64,000 nt of DNA from Candidatus Nomurabacteria bacterium. GTDB lineage: Bacteria > Patescibacteriota > Minisyncoccia > Phycocordibacterales > CALRBL01. Shown in pieces: positions 47,398 to 57,202 of the stretch. A program made the translations under genes and the position numbers. The stretch is taken from positions 301,500 through 365,499 of the forward strand of contig CAWIDS010000001.1 in NCBI GenBank assembly GCA_963834935.1, given 5' to 3'. Below the pieces are notes generated by a model that did no database searches, was not told where the DNA came from, and saw only the letters and a list, made by a program, of their open reading frames with translations. Within the stretch, counting starts at the first letter, position 1. Each line of letters starts with the position of its first letter.

Positions 47398-48324
47398 TTA
47401 TTTCTTATTATGGAAATTCTTATACACATCGCGAAGATGCTTGTCAGTGACATGGGTATAGATCTGAGTGGTGTTTATATTAGCGTGACCGAGAAGCATC
47501 TGGACAGCACGAAGGTCAGCGCCGTTCGAAAGCAGATCCGTAGCGAAGACATGCCGGATGACATGCGGGGTCACTTTTTTCGATATACCCGCTTTGATAG
47601 CATAATATTTTACGATCCGTTCAATCGAGCGGCGTGTCAGCCCCATTTCGCCTTTGTCTGATTTCCTTTCGTTTGATATCTTCACGAAGAGCGGGTCATC
47701 GAGATCTTTTCTCAGTGAAAGATATCGTTTTACTGCTTCTTTTGCCTCTTGAGAAAGGAAAACCACCCTTATCTTTCCGCCTTTTCCACGGATAGACAGC
47801 TCGTCCACTTTCAGGTCGATATCTCGAGAAAGGGAACAAAGCTCGGACACACGCAAGCCGGTAGAAAAAAGAAGTTCCAAGATCGCTTCGCCCCGCGCTT
47901 TTTTCAGAGGTTCTTTTTCGCTCTTTGGTGCGTCGAGAAGCCTCTTCAATTCTTCTTGTGTAATCAGATCGAGAGATCGTTCTGACACTTTTGCCAGCTC
48001 GATCTGGTCCGCTGCAAGGGAAGAAGCTCCACGCTTTGCAAGGTATTTGAGAAAGGAGCGCAAGGCGATGAGATAGTAGTTCTGTGTCTTTTTCTTCATC
48101 GTGTCGCCAGTCGAACGGTTATTTCCTTGTGATTGGCGGTTGAGCCAGAGCCTGAACTCCCGAATGACGTCTTCGGTGATGTCTTTCGGATCCTTCGCCT
48201 TGGTATGTTCGAGAAAAACCGACAAATAGTGGTCATAATTCCTCACTGTATTCAAAGCGCGGCCCTTTTCTATCTCGATATACTCAAGGAATTGCTTCTT
48301 AAACTCCGAAAGATTGTGCGACAT
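47398..48324 (-). CDS. xerC: Tyrosine site-specific recombinase XerC/XerD family
   Basis: ~309 aa from MSHNLSEFKK; C-terminal catalytic region R..HxxR..LLGHANINTTQIYTHV with Tyr nucleophile. Confidence 0.85.
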   Translation of the reverse strand: MSHNLSEFKKQFLEYIEIEKGRALNTVRNYDHYLSVFLEHTKAKDPKDITEDVIREFRLWLNRQSQGNNRSTGDTMKKKTQNYYLIALRSFLKYLAKRGASSLAADQIELAKVSERSLDLITQEELKRLLDAPKSEKEPLKKARGEAILELLFSTGLRVSELCSLSRDIDLKVDELSIRGKGGKIRVVFLSQEAKEAVKRYLSLRKDLDDPLFVKISNERKSDKGEMGLTRRSIERIVKYYAIKAGISKKVTPHVIRHVFATDLLSNGADLRAVQMLLGHANINTTQIYTHVTDKHLRDVYKNFHNKK

Positions 48325-48379
48325 AAACAAATTATAACATATTGCAAAAAGGATGCGTTTATGGTAATGTTTCGTGACA

Positions 48380-48652
48380 ATGTTAACAAAAGCAAAAAAG
48401 CAGAAAATCATCAAAGAAGTCAAAATTCACGATACTGACACCGGTTCCTCCGAAGTGCAGATTTCCCTTATAAGCAAAAGGATCGATGAATTGGCAAAAC
48501 ACTTGAAGAAAAATCAGAAAGATAACCACTCCCGAAGGGGCCTCCTTCAGCTTGTGGCCGACCGCCAGTCACATTTGAAATACCTCCAGAAAAAGAGCCC
48601 AAAGCGCTACCAGTCGATTACCAAAAAACTCGAACTTAAGAAGAAAGCCTAA
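48380..48652 (+). CDS. rpsO: 30S ribosomal protein S15
   Basis: MLTKAKKQKIIKE...HLKKNQKDNHSRRGLL...highly conserved S15 signature (HxxDxxSRRGL). Confidence 0.9.
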   Translation: MLTKAKKQKIIKEVKIHDTDTGSSEVQISLISKRIDELAKHLKKNQKDNHSRRGLLQLVADRQSHLKYLQKKSPKRYQSITKKLELKKKA

Positions 48653-49245
48653 TGTCAGTAATAAAGCACAAGGAGCAGAGAGTGGGAATCTTCATTGATA
48701 CTCAGAATCTCTATCACAGCGCCAAGAATCTTTATCATGCGCGGGTGAATTTCGGCGCAATCATGAAAGAAGCCCTCGGCAACCGTTCCCTTATTAGGGC
48801 TGTTGCTTATGTCATCACTACCGAAGCAGGCGATGAAAAGAGCTTTTTCGAAGCTCTTGAAAAGATCGGCATTGAGACTAAGACTAAGAATCTTCAGATT
48901 TTCATGGGCGGAGCGAAGAAGGCAGACTGGGATGTGGGATTAGCGGTAGATGCCATTAAGCTTGCTCCCAAGCTCGATGCTGTAGTGATCGCTTCAGGAG
49001 ACGGCGACTTCATTCCACTTGTAGAATATCTTCAAACTAATGAAGGATGCCAAGTAGAAGTCATCTCATTCGGCAAATCATCATCCGGAAAATTAAAGGA
49101 AGTGGCTGACGATTTTATCGACATGTGCGAAAATCCCAAGAAATACCTCCTTAATTATTTTCCTTCGAACGCCGCTTCTTCAAACGTCAACAAGAGACGA
49201 AGGCCAAACTCATCCAAGAATCCTCCGGAAAATACGGTAGAATAG
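48652..49245 (+). CDS. NYN-domain (LabA-like PIN-related) protein
   Basis: 197 aa; VGIFIDTQNLYHS ... VIASGDGDFIPLV Asp-containing NYN motifs. Confidence 0.8.
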   Translation: MSVIKHKEQRVGIFIDTQNLYHSAKNLYHARVNFGAIMKEALGNRSLIRAVAYVITTEAGDEKSFFEALEKIGIETKTKNLQIFMGGAKKADWDVGLAVDAIKLAPKLDAVVIASGDGDFIPLVEYLQTNEGCQVEVISFGKSSSGKLKEVADDFIDMCENPKKYLLNYFPSNAASSNVNKRRRPNSSKNPPENTVE

Positions 49246-49249
49246 GAAA

Positions 49250-49996
49250 ATGAAGGAGACACCAGGCATACATACTTTCCAAACTGATCTCGCAGATGCG
49301 GTCAGCGACGAGTCTATCTCAAAGATAGACATATTACTCGAGAAGAATAAGAAAAATGAGACATCGGGTCTTGCCGAGGAGAGAAAAAACATTCTGCCGG
49401 TCATCATCGTCATATTAGGGTCTGTCGTAATATCTTTGATATTGATTTTTATTTACATACAATATAGGAGTAACAAAGCTCCAACTGTTCAAGCTCCAGT
49501 TATTGCTCCTCAAGAATTGATATATTTTGATTCTTTGAAAGAGGTTTCACCATCAACTTACGAATATAAAGCAAAGCCGGATGCGATAGGAGTAACTTTC
49601 TACCAGACAGATGCCTCCGCTGGGAATTTCTTAAGCATCCTCTCGCCATCCATCCCTCCGTCATTTCTTCGTTCCATAAGCGACAAATGGTTTTTCGGCG
49701 GAGTTCCTGCAGGGAACTTCATTATCCTGAAGACTGATTCTTTTCAGAGGGCATACCCTGGCATGCTGGAATGGGAACCGTCAATGAAGAAGGATTTGCT
49801 CGGCCTCTTTGATTCAAGTTCGACCGTCTCCGTCGGAAATTTCAATGATCAAGAAATAGGCAATTTGGCTGTGAGGGTGCTGCATGACCAGCAGGGCAAT
49901 ACACTATTCATGTATGGCTTCACGGATAATAATACTATTTTGATGGCTAAGAATAACGATACTTTTAACGCCATTTCCGGCTTATTGTTAAAGTAA
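49250..49996 (+). CDS. Hypothetical single-pass membrane protein
   Basis: 248 aa, one TM helix near residue 50, no family. Confidence 0.5.
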   Translation: MKETPGIHTFQTDLADAVSDESISKIDILLEKNKKNETSGLAEERKNILPVIIVILGSVVISLILIFIYIQYRSNKAPTVQAPVIAPQELIYFDSLKEVSPSTYEYKAKPDAIGVTFYQTDASAGNFLSILSPSIPPSFLRSISDKWFFGGVPAGNFIILKTDSFQRAYPGMLEWEPSMKKDLLGLFDSSSTVSVGNFNDQEIGNLAVRVLHDQQGNTLFMYGFTDNNTILMAKNNDTFNAISGLLLK

Positions 49997-50005
49997 GATT
50001 ATGGT

Positions 50006-50398
50006 ATGATTAGCGATAATAAAAGAAAGATGACACTCGACATTAACTACTTCAAGGAAAAATTATTGGCTGAGAAAAAACATCTGGAGACGGAGCTTTC
50101 AAGCGTTGCCCAGCAAGGCCACAAGGATAAGAACGATTGGCAGGCAAGGGGGACATTAAACGATGACAGTGTCGACGCCGATCCTAATGAAGTAGCCGAC
50201 AAGATCGAGGAATATGAGACGAATTATGGAATCGTCGATAATCTCAAATCGAATCTCGCTGAGGTAATAAATGCTCTCACGAAGATAGATGCCGGCACAT
50301 ATGGCATCTGTGAAGTGTCCGGAGATCCGATCGAAGAAGATCGCTTGATGGCCAATCCCGCAGCTCGCACATGCAAGCTCCATATCAATGCGAAATAG
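50006..50398 (+). CDS. DksA/TraR-family C4-type zinc-finger protein
   Basis: 130 aa; coiled-coil N-half, C-terminal CEVSGDPIEEDRLMANPAARTCKLH zinc-finger segment. Confidence 0.7.
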   Translation: MISDNKRKMTLDINYFKEKLLAEKKHLETELSSVAQQGHKDKNDWQARGTLNDDSVDADPNEVADKIEEYETNYGIVDNLKSNLAEVINALTKIDAGTYGICEVSGDPIEEDRLMANPAARTCKLHINAK

Positions 50399-50447
50399 TT
50401 GATCCTTTTTTCGGTTTTTCTTTATCTCATTCCCTGATAATCTGGAG

Positions 50448-51971
50448 ATGGGTTTCTATAAGACGACAAGTGCTCAAGTACATCTTCTTTCCTCATATCT
50501 GATAGACGTCGAAGCAGACATATCCAAAGGGCTTAATTCATTTTCAATCGTAGGGCTTCCTGACAAGGCAGTTGAAGAATCAAAAGACAGGGTCTCCGCT
50601 GCAATCAAGAACAGTGGCTTCAAGTCGCCTAAAAGCGTCAATCATAAGATCACTATCTCTCTTGCTCCAGCCGACCTTCGCAAAGAAGGCCCGAATTTTG
50701 ACGTGGCAATAGCCCTCGCTTATCTTAATTCCGTCGGTGACATAAGATTTGATCCGCGAGGCAGGCTATTCTTGGGCGAGCTCTCACTAGATGGAAGCCT
50801 GCGCCAGATAAAAGGAATATTGCCTTTAGTCCTTGAGGCAAAAAAACAAGGAATGAAAGAAGTATATATTCCTTTCGGAAATGCCGATGAAGCATCTTTC
50901 ATTTCTGACATAAGCATTTTCGCAATCAAGGATTTGAAGAGCCTCATCGGCCATCTTAATGAAAAAGAAGAAAAGAAAATAATTTTTCCTCTTGAGCATA
51001 TTCCTCTTTCACGAGCTAAACGCGATATTACGATTGATTTCAAGGATATAAAATGCCAAGGAGGAGCGAAAAGAGCTTTGGAAATAGCTGCTGCCGGAGG
51101 ACATAACATCATGCTGCATGGGCCGCCGGGCACGGGCAAGACCATGCTTGCCAGAGCTTTTTCATATCTCCCTCCTGAGCTTTCTTTCGACGAAGCGTTG
51201 ATTGTTAGTTCTATCCATTCCTCATCAGGATCGTCTTCGGAATTGCTCAGATATCCTCCGTTCAGGTCTCCTCACCATACATCTTCCTCTCAATCGATTG
51301 TAGGAGGAGGATCGATTCCTCATCCTGGTGAAGCAACCTTAGCCCATAATGGAATATTGTTCCTTGATGAATTTCCTGAATTCAACAGCAAAGTAATAGA
51401 AGCGCTGAGGCAGCCGCTGGAAGACAGGAGGCTCAGTATCTCTCGGGCGAGAAACTCGACAGTGTTTCCTTGCGACTTCATCTTGGTCGCCACCATGAAT
51501 CCGTGTCCTTGCGGCTATTCCGGTTCGACAAATAGGGTTTGCGTTTGCAGCGACAAGATCGTACAAAGATATCAAAGGAAAATCTCCGGACCGATTGCCG
51601 ATAGGATCGATCTGTGGATCGAGGTAGGAACTTTTGATCACAAAAAATTGACGAAAGAAAAAGAAAGCGAGTCGACGGAAGATGTGCGAAAAAGGGTGGC
51701 AAAAGCTCGTGACAGGCAATATGAGAGATCGGGATGTCTTAATTGCAGGATGGATTCAAAAGATATCGCCGATACGTGCCTTATCAAGAAATCTTCGCTC
51801 AAACTTCTTGATTCTTCGGCTGAGAGCTTGTCTTTGTCGGCAAGGATGTATCACCGGATTATGAAAATAGCCAGGACTATAGCTGATTTGGAAGGGGCAG
51901 AATATATTGAAGCTGAGCATATTCTGGAAGCGCTCCAATATCGCCCGAAATTAAGGATATTTCAGAATTAG
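50448..51971 (+). CDS. comM: YifB/ComM-family Mg-chelatase-like AAA+ ATPase
   Basis: 507 aa; Lon-protease-like N-domain, Walker A GPPGTGKTMLA, C-terminal ChlI-like domain. Confidence 0.9.
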   Translation: MGFYKTTSAQVHLLSSYLIDVEADISKGLNSFSIVGLPDKAVEESKDRVSAAIKNSGFKSPKSVNHKITISLAPADLRKEGPNFDVAIALAYLNSVGDIRFDPRGRLFLGELSLDGSLRQIKGILPLVLEAKKQGMKEVYIPFGNADEASFISDISIFAIKDLKSLIGHLNEKEEKKIIFPLEHIPLSRAKRDITIDFKDIKCQGGAKRALEIAAAGGHNIMLHGPPGTGKTMLARAFSYLPPELSFDEALIVSSIHSSSGSSSELLRYPPFRSPHHTSSSQSIVGGGSIPHPGEATLAHNGILFLDEFPEFNSKVIEALRQPLEDRRLSISRARNSTVFPCDFILVATMNPCPCGYSGSTNRVCVCSDKIVQRYQRKISGPIADRIDLWIEVGTFDHKKLTKEKESESTEDVRKRVAKARDRQYERSGCLNCRMDSKDIADTCLIKKSSLKLLDSSAESLSLSARMYHRIMKIARTIADLEGAEYIEAEHILEALQYRPKLRIFQN

Positions 51972-51977
51972 GTTCCG

Positions 51978-53192
51978 CTAGAAAGGATTGATTCCTCCAC
52001 GGACTTCGAAATGCACATGGACACCTGTTGAATCTCCAGTGCTTCCCATTCGCCCGATGACATCTCCTTGGCTTACTTTCTCTCCTTGCGTGACAGAGAT
52101 GGAGTTCATGTGCGCATAAAGAGTCTCCATTCCGTTAGGATGCTTGATGACCACGTAGTTTCCATAGCCTCCATTCCAGCTGTTTCCGCCGCGAACGACG
52201 ATGACTGTTCCGTCCGCCGCTGCCATGATAGGAGTATTGAGGGAGCTTGCAAGGTCGACCGCATTATGTCCGTGGAGGCCTTGGGTCTTGACGCCGCCAT
52301 GAATCGGCCTGATGAAATATCCGCCATCACTCTTGATAGGAACTTTCTGGCCATTTACGAGAGGGGTGATTGCAGCTAATCGAGGCACTGATTGCGGAGG
52401 AACGGGGGTGCCAGCAGAGGCAGAGGCACTGACCGAAGCGCTTATTGAGCCCGATGTCGTGCTTGGAGCATCACTTGCTTCGCCGTCAGGAATGATAATC
52501 TGGTCTCCAACAGAGAGATCTGTCTCGCTTGAAAGGCCGTTATACGAGAGTATTTCAGCAGAGTCTCCTTTGAAAGAAGAAGCAATACTCTTCAGAGTAT
52601 CGCCTTTTTTGACCGTGTATTTGATTCCGGAAACGGGAAGGATGACCAGCTCCTGGCCTTTTTTAAGCGTTGATTTGCTGTTCAGGTCATTGGCCCATCT
52701 GATGGTATTTTCTGTCACGTCGAACATGGCAGCTACGCTTTGAACAGTATCCCCGTCCTGGACGATGTAGGTGCTTATCTGATCTGATGATGCCGAGGCG
52801 TCTGTCGATGTTCCGGGAGTAGGTTTCCCATTATCCATAAGAGCTTGACCCGCAACTAAATAAGTGGTTGAACTGTCATCAACCGCCTGAGGGTCGATAT
52901 TCGTATTTGCCTGAAGAAGCGGCACGGTTTGGATATTAGCGGATGAGCTCGATGAATCAGTGTCTAATGCATAAGCCACGCTTGTTCCTGTACCTGCAAG
53001 ACCTAACAGCCCCGATGAGGCGAGGGTCAATAAGAGGGCTATGTTGAGAGGTGAAGCGTTCGATATCGCGCGCTTGATGCTCTTATGTTTGTTTCTTAAA
53101 ATAAGTTTTCTTGAGTTTAAATCTATGACCTTCGCACATTCCATTTCATTCTGTATCCTTGCATGATGTCTGTCGGAGAAGTGCTCATTCAA
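51978..53192 (-). CDS. M23-family peptidoglycan endopeptidase with two LysM domains
   Basis: 404 aa; LysM (YIVQDGDTVQSVA..., YTVKKGDTLKSIA...), M23 motifs HxxxD (HNAVD) and HxH (VHVHFE). Confidence 0.85.
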   Translation of the reverse strand: MNEHFSDRHHARIQNEMECAKVIDLNSRKLILRNKHKSIKRAISNASPLNIALLLTLASSGLLGLAGTGTSVAYALDTDSSSSSANIQTVPLLQANTNIDPQAVDDSSTTYLVAGQALMDNGKPTPGTSTDASASSDQISTYIVQDGDTVQSVAAMFDVTENTIRWANDLNSKSTLKKGQELVILPVSGIKYTVKKGDTLKSIASSFKGDSAEILSYNGLSSETDLSVGDQIIIPDGEASDAPSTTSGSISASVSASASAGTPVPPQSVPRLAAITPLVNGQKVPIKSDGGYFIRPIHGGVKTQGLHGHNAVDLASSLNTPIMAAADGTVIVVRGGNSWNGGYGNYVVIKHPNGMETLYAHMNSISVTQGEKVSQGDVIGRMGSTGDSTGVHVHFEVRGGINPF

Positions 53193-53287
53193 TGATATCG
53201 AGCGCTAGACCGTTGTCAACAACGGCTCGATAACAAGTCTTTATACAATATATATGATAAAATTCATGCATATAAATAGGACTTATT

Positions 53288-56200
53288 ATGCCTGAAGTAC
53301 CAAAAAACCCAGAAGCAAGAAATAATAGAGAAGGGAATCCGCTTCCCGAGCTCACTCTTGAGAGAGTAAATATTTTGCTTCAGAAGGTAGAATCTTGCCT
53401 GAATAAGCTTTCCTTGCCTATACAGCAGGAAAATATAGAAGAATACAGCATGCTCAACTCCTCGGATTTTTTTCTGAGGATGTTCAGGGATTATATTGGA
53501 AACGTGACGGCTTATCCGCCTCCGGATGGCAGGGCTCTCGAAATTCTCACACAGCTTTCTTCGGAGCAAGGTCCTTATTGGGATGTCTTGAATGGGAATT
53601 ATGAAAAAAGAGAGCAAATGCAGGAACCAGAAACCCTGGCAAGTCCTGAAAGTGATTTAGCGGAAGAAATAGCAGGAATACAAGACGTCTATGAATTGTT
53701 TGAAATTTTTAACAGGGATGAACAGGATCAGAAAATCGCACGTATGCTGGGGGACGTGATAAAAACCGTAGATAGCATTGAAAAGTTCGGGTCTTGGGAA
53801 AAACCGCATCAGTATCTTGATGCTATCATCCGAGCTCTTCCGGAAGAAAATGGATTGAGAGCAAAAGTAATCGAATTGGTGAATCAGAGATTCGCTGACG
53901 AGATATTAAAAATGAAAGGAGATGAACAACCTTCCGAACTCCCTTCGGAACTAGAACCAGATATCGAGAACAAGACAGATGCCGTAAATCCGGAAATCAC
54001 CCGAGGACTTTCAGCTCTCGGCATGACTAAGGAACAGCTTGAAGAAGTTCCCGGTTTTGCTGACATCAAGGATTCTGAAGGTCAGACGATATTCCTTTTG
54101 AGGAATCTTGCTCAGATAAAGCGCCGTGTTATCGCCGCAGAGGCGCGCGAGCAGACTGAAAGCGAGATACGCCAGACCAAAAATGGCATAGCGCGGGCAT
54201 TGAAGAGAACCTTTTCAAACGGAAAGGTAAACAAGAAAGAGCAGGCTCTTTCGCGGGAAGCCTTTGATTTTGAAAAGTACAAGGATGAAGTCGCTAATGT
54301 CATCGAGATAGTGAAAAGTGTCGGAGACATCGCATCATATGAAGGAGATGAAGGAAAGATGCGCTTGTATATAAGGTATACCGAAGATGTTTCTTTCAAT
54401 ACGGCCGCCAGCGAATACACCGAAGTTCCGCCAGAATACAAATGGAAAGACTATTCATCAAAAGAGAAAAAGATATTCCAAGAAAGAAAAAAAACATATC
54501 TGAGAGAAAGGGAAAATCTTCTGAACGCTTCCGGATCATCTGCAAAGGAAGCAATGCTCCAGCTGAATGATGTTGATTTAAAGATAAAGATAAATCAATC
54601 GCTTCTTGAGAATCCGAATGCGGAACTTGAGCTCCGAAGGCTTGCCGAAGTAAAAGGATGGGATATGAGGAACGAAGCCGCAAAAGCTCAGCTCGGCATA
54701 GAAGGGAGGTCATCATTGATTGGAGGAGTCATCCAAGGCGCCGGACAATTGGGACTGAGGATGGGCGCAAGAGCCGGAGCAAAATCACTCTTGGCGGGAT
54801 GCATAGGCATCGTCTCAGCACCCCTTTCTGCGGCCATAGTCGGAGCAGGCTTCGGTGCGTTCAGAGGCGGCAAGAAAGCGCATGAGCGCCTCGGAAAGGA
54901 AGAGGAACTGATCAGGATGGGTTCGGAAGAGAAGACTACAACAAATAAGAAGCTCAAGAGATTGATCGAAGAAAAGGCCCGCTACGTGAAGCGAGAGGTG
55001 GAAATTTCCCGCGACTGGCATCCTATCAATGAGGTTGATCAGGCTGAGAAAGAAGGCGAGCTTGCCAGAATCAAAGGAAGAATAGAAGAAATCCAATCAG
55101 AGATAAACAGCGTCAGAGAAAAAAGCACTGATCAGAATTTCGTCAAAGCCGACGACTTGTCGGAAAAGATCGGCCGCTTGAACAGGCTTGCTGAGATGAG
55201 TTACATTTCTTGGTGCAATGAGCCAGGAAACGCCAACCGTTCCCTGGACGAATACCATAAGAAGCACAAGGAATGTGTCGAGGCCCTTGAAGTGCGGCTT
55301 GAGTATGCGCAAAGGAAGCTCACCGAAGGCAGGATTTCGTTCGGCGCTGAGAAGGAGGCGATCGGCAATAAATTCAATTTCATAAAGGTACTTTCCAAGG
55401 CAACGGCTTGTTTGGCGACCGATACCTATTTTTATGATGAGGATTCGCAGCAGGAAATAGTCGGCAAGAAGGGATCGACACGACGAGGAAGGCTCGCAGG
55501 TATCATCGGCCTTGCAGAAGAAAGGATAAAAAATAATCAGCGCTGGTATGTAGGGAAGCAGGCCGCTTTAGGTGCGGTTACCGGAGGACTGGTCTCAGGG
55601 TTGGTGTCCGGCGCGATTCAAGAATATTCAGGACTTTTCAGTTCCCATATGGCTGGAGACATTCATGATCATGCGCGTGAAGTCGCGAGCAAGTCAGGAT
55701 ATGTCGCAGGAAAAGATTTCGAGAATACTGTAACCGAAGGGGTAAAGAATCAGGTCGCTCATAATCATGCGGAACATCTGATCAATAGCTCTTCTCAAGC
55801 AGCAGCATCACCGACGCCTGATTCATCACCTATACAGGCGCCTGGCGTTCATCACTCTGATTTTCATATCGATAATTCGCCGCTTCGACGATTGCTAGTA
55901 ACGGATCATCCAGCGTCTGCTGCCGTTCCACAGCATGCCGCTTCGGTAAAGCCGCCGGCGGGACTGAAAGTCGAAATTCCTGCAGCTGCCGCTCCGAAGC
56001 CGGAAGTTCCGGTCGCAGTCATTGAAAAGCCATTCACTTTCGTATTGAAAAACGAACATCAGAGCCGAGAGTATGCGCTCGTCCAGTATTTCAAGAGCAA
56101 AGGATTGAGCTCGCATGAAGCCGGCATCAAGGCGCACCGGACGCTCAAGGAACTGTTCGGTCCGAAAGGGGAAAGGACGCTCACTCCCGTGCACGCTCAT

Positions 56201-57172
56201 GACAATGTGCTCATTTCTGAAAAAGACGGAAAGATAAGTATCTCATTAGTTCCCAAGGCTCACGTCGTGGATACACCGCCCCAAACTGAAGTAGTCGAGA
56301 CCATCCTGATAAAGGATCATCAGATCGATCAGCTCACCCATCACGAGATACATACGGATTCGGCGGAACGGGCGGTCACTCGGACGCTCCACGAGAATGC
56401 AGACAAATACGGATACAACGGAGACATGCAGGATGCGCACGCCCTCCATGACTGGACAAGCGGCATGACCAGGGAAGTGCTCAAGCAGAATCCCGACATC
56501 GCGCACGCGATCACTCATGACGGCAACGCGCTACAGCTTCATCGCACTCCGACTGGCGGCTGGTTCGCAGAAGTAAAGAAAAGCATGGCTGATGTCCATC
56601 AGAACGCGCAGACGACGACTGCTCCTGTTGCCGCAGCTGCGCCTGCATCAGCCGACCATGTCGCATCTACAGCTGATGTTGCTCAGAACACGGCAACGAC
56701 TGTCGCTCATGAGATGCAGACTCCTCCCGAAGTGACGCAACTCCTTTCATCGTATGAAGTGAAAGCTCCTACTAACCTTCCTACCATCCTTGAGAAAATA
56801 CTCGAAAAAGATCCGCGATTCATGTCATTGAGCGCTGATGCCAAGGATCGGGCATTATATGATCTCTTTATAAATGAGTATGTAAAGGAGGGAGCAAGCT
56901 CTTACAAGGATATTGGCATTACTTCAGGTAATCCATTCGATATAGCTTCCGGAACTCTTTCCCTCGACAGTAATTTCTTGGAGAATAGCGATGTCGTTTC
57001 AAGTATCATAAAAGAAGCTACTGATCCGGCACACGTAGATTCTTTGAAAGATGGATTGGGACTCAGGGAACATTTGAGCGACTTAGCGAATGCTTTGAAA
57101 GGATTGAACGCGAAAGATGTCGATGCGAAGGCTATCGCAGAGAAGCTGAAAGAATTGAGAGAAGCGAAATAA
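53288..57172 (+). CDS. Giant hypothetical protein (1294 aa) with coiled coils and two glycine-zipper hydrophobic segments
   Basis: Intact ORF; no signal peptide; GxxxG-rich segments SLIGGVIQGAGQLGLRMGARAGAKSLLAGCIGIVSAPLSAAIVGAGFGAF and AALGAVTGGLVSGLVSGAI; His-rich and Ala/Pro/Thr-rich C-terminal third. Confidence 0.7.
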   Translation: MPEVPKNPEARNNREGNPLPELTLERVNILLQKVESCLNKLSLPIQQENIEEYSMLNSSDFFLRMFRDYIGNVTAYPPPDGRALEILTQLSSEQGPYWDVLNGNYEKREQMQEPETLASPESDLAEEIAGIQDVYELFEIFNRDEQDQKIARMLGDVIKTVDSIEKFGSWEKPHQYLDAIIRALPEENGLRAKVIELVNQRFADEILKMKGDEQPSELPSELEPDIENKTDAVNPEITRGLSALGMTKEQLEEVPGFADIKDSEGQTIFLLRNLAQIKRRVIAAEAREQTESEIRQTKNGIARALKRTFSNGKVNKKEQALSREAFDFEKYKDEVANVIEIVKSVGDIASYEGDEGKMRLYIRYTEDVSFNTAASEYTEVPPEYKWKDYSSKEKKIFQERKKTYLRERENLLNASGSSAKEAMLQLNDVDLKIKINQSLLENPNAELELRRLAEVKGWDMRNEAAKAQLGIEGRSSLIGGVIQGAGQLGLRMGARAGAKSLLAGCIGIVSAPLSAAIVGAGFGAFRGGKKAHERLGKEEELIRMGSEEKTTTNKKLKRLIEEKARYVKREVEISRDWHPINEVDQAEKEGELARIKGRIEEIQSEINSVREKSTDQNFVKADDLSEKIGRLNRLAEMSYISWCNEPGNANRSLDEYHKKHKECVEALEVRLEYAQRKLTEGRISFGAEKEAIGNKFNFIKVLSKATACLATDTYFYDEDSQQEIVGKKGSTRRGRLAGIIGLAEERIKNNQRWYVGKQAALGAVTGGLVSGLVSGAIQEYSGLFSSHMAGDIHDHAREVASKSGYVAGKDFENTVTEGVKNQVAHNHAEHLINSSSQAAASPTPDSSPIQAPGVHHSDFHIDNSPLRRLLVTDHPASAAVPQHAASVKPPAGLKVEIPAAAAPKPEVPVAVIEKPFTFVLKNEHQSREYALVQYFKSKGLSSHEAGIKAHRTLKELFGPKGERTLTPVHAHDNVLISEKDGKISISLVPKAHVVDTPPQTEVVETILIKDHQIDQLTHHEIHTDSAERAVTRTLHENADKYGYNGDMQDAHALHDWTSGMTREVLKQNPDIAHAITHDGNALQLHRTPTGGWFAEVKKSMADVHQNAQTTTAPVAAAAPASADHVASTADVAQNTATTVAHEMQTPPEVTQLLSSYEVKAPTNLPTILEKILEKDPRFMSLSADAKDRALYDLFINEYVKEGASSYKDIGITSGNPFDIASGTLSLDSNFLENSDVVSSIIKEATDPAHVDSLKDGLGLREHLSDLANALKGLNAKDVDAKAIAEKLKELREAK

Positions 57173-57202
57173 AAAACGATTGAGCTGTGATATATTGGAT
57201 GG

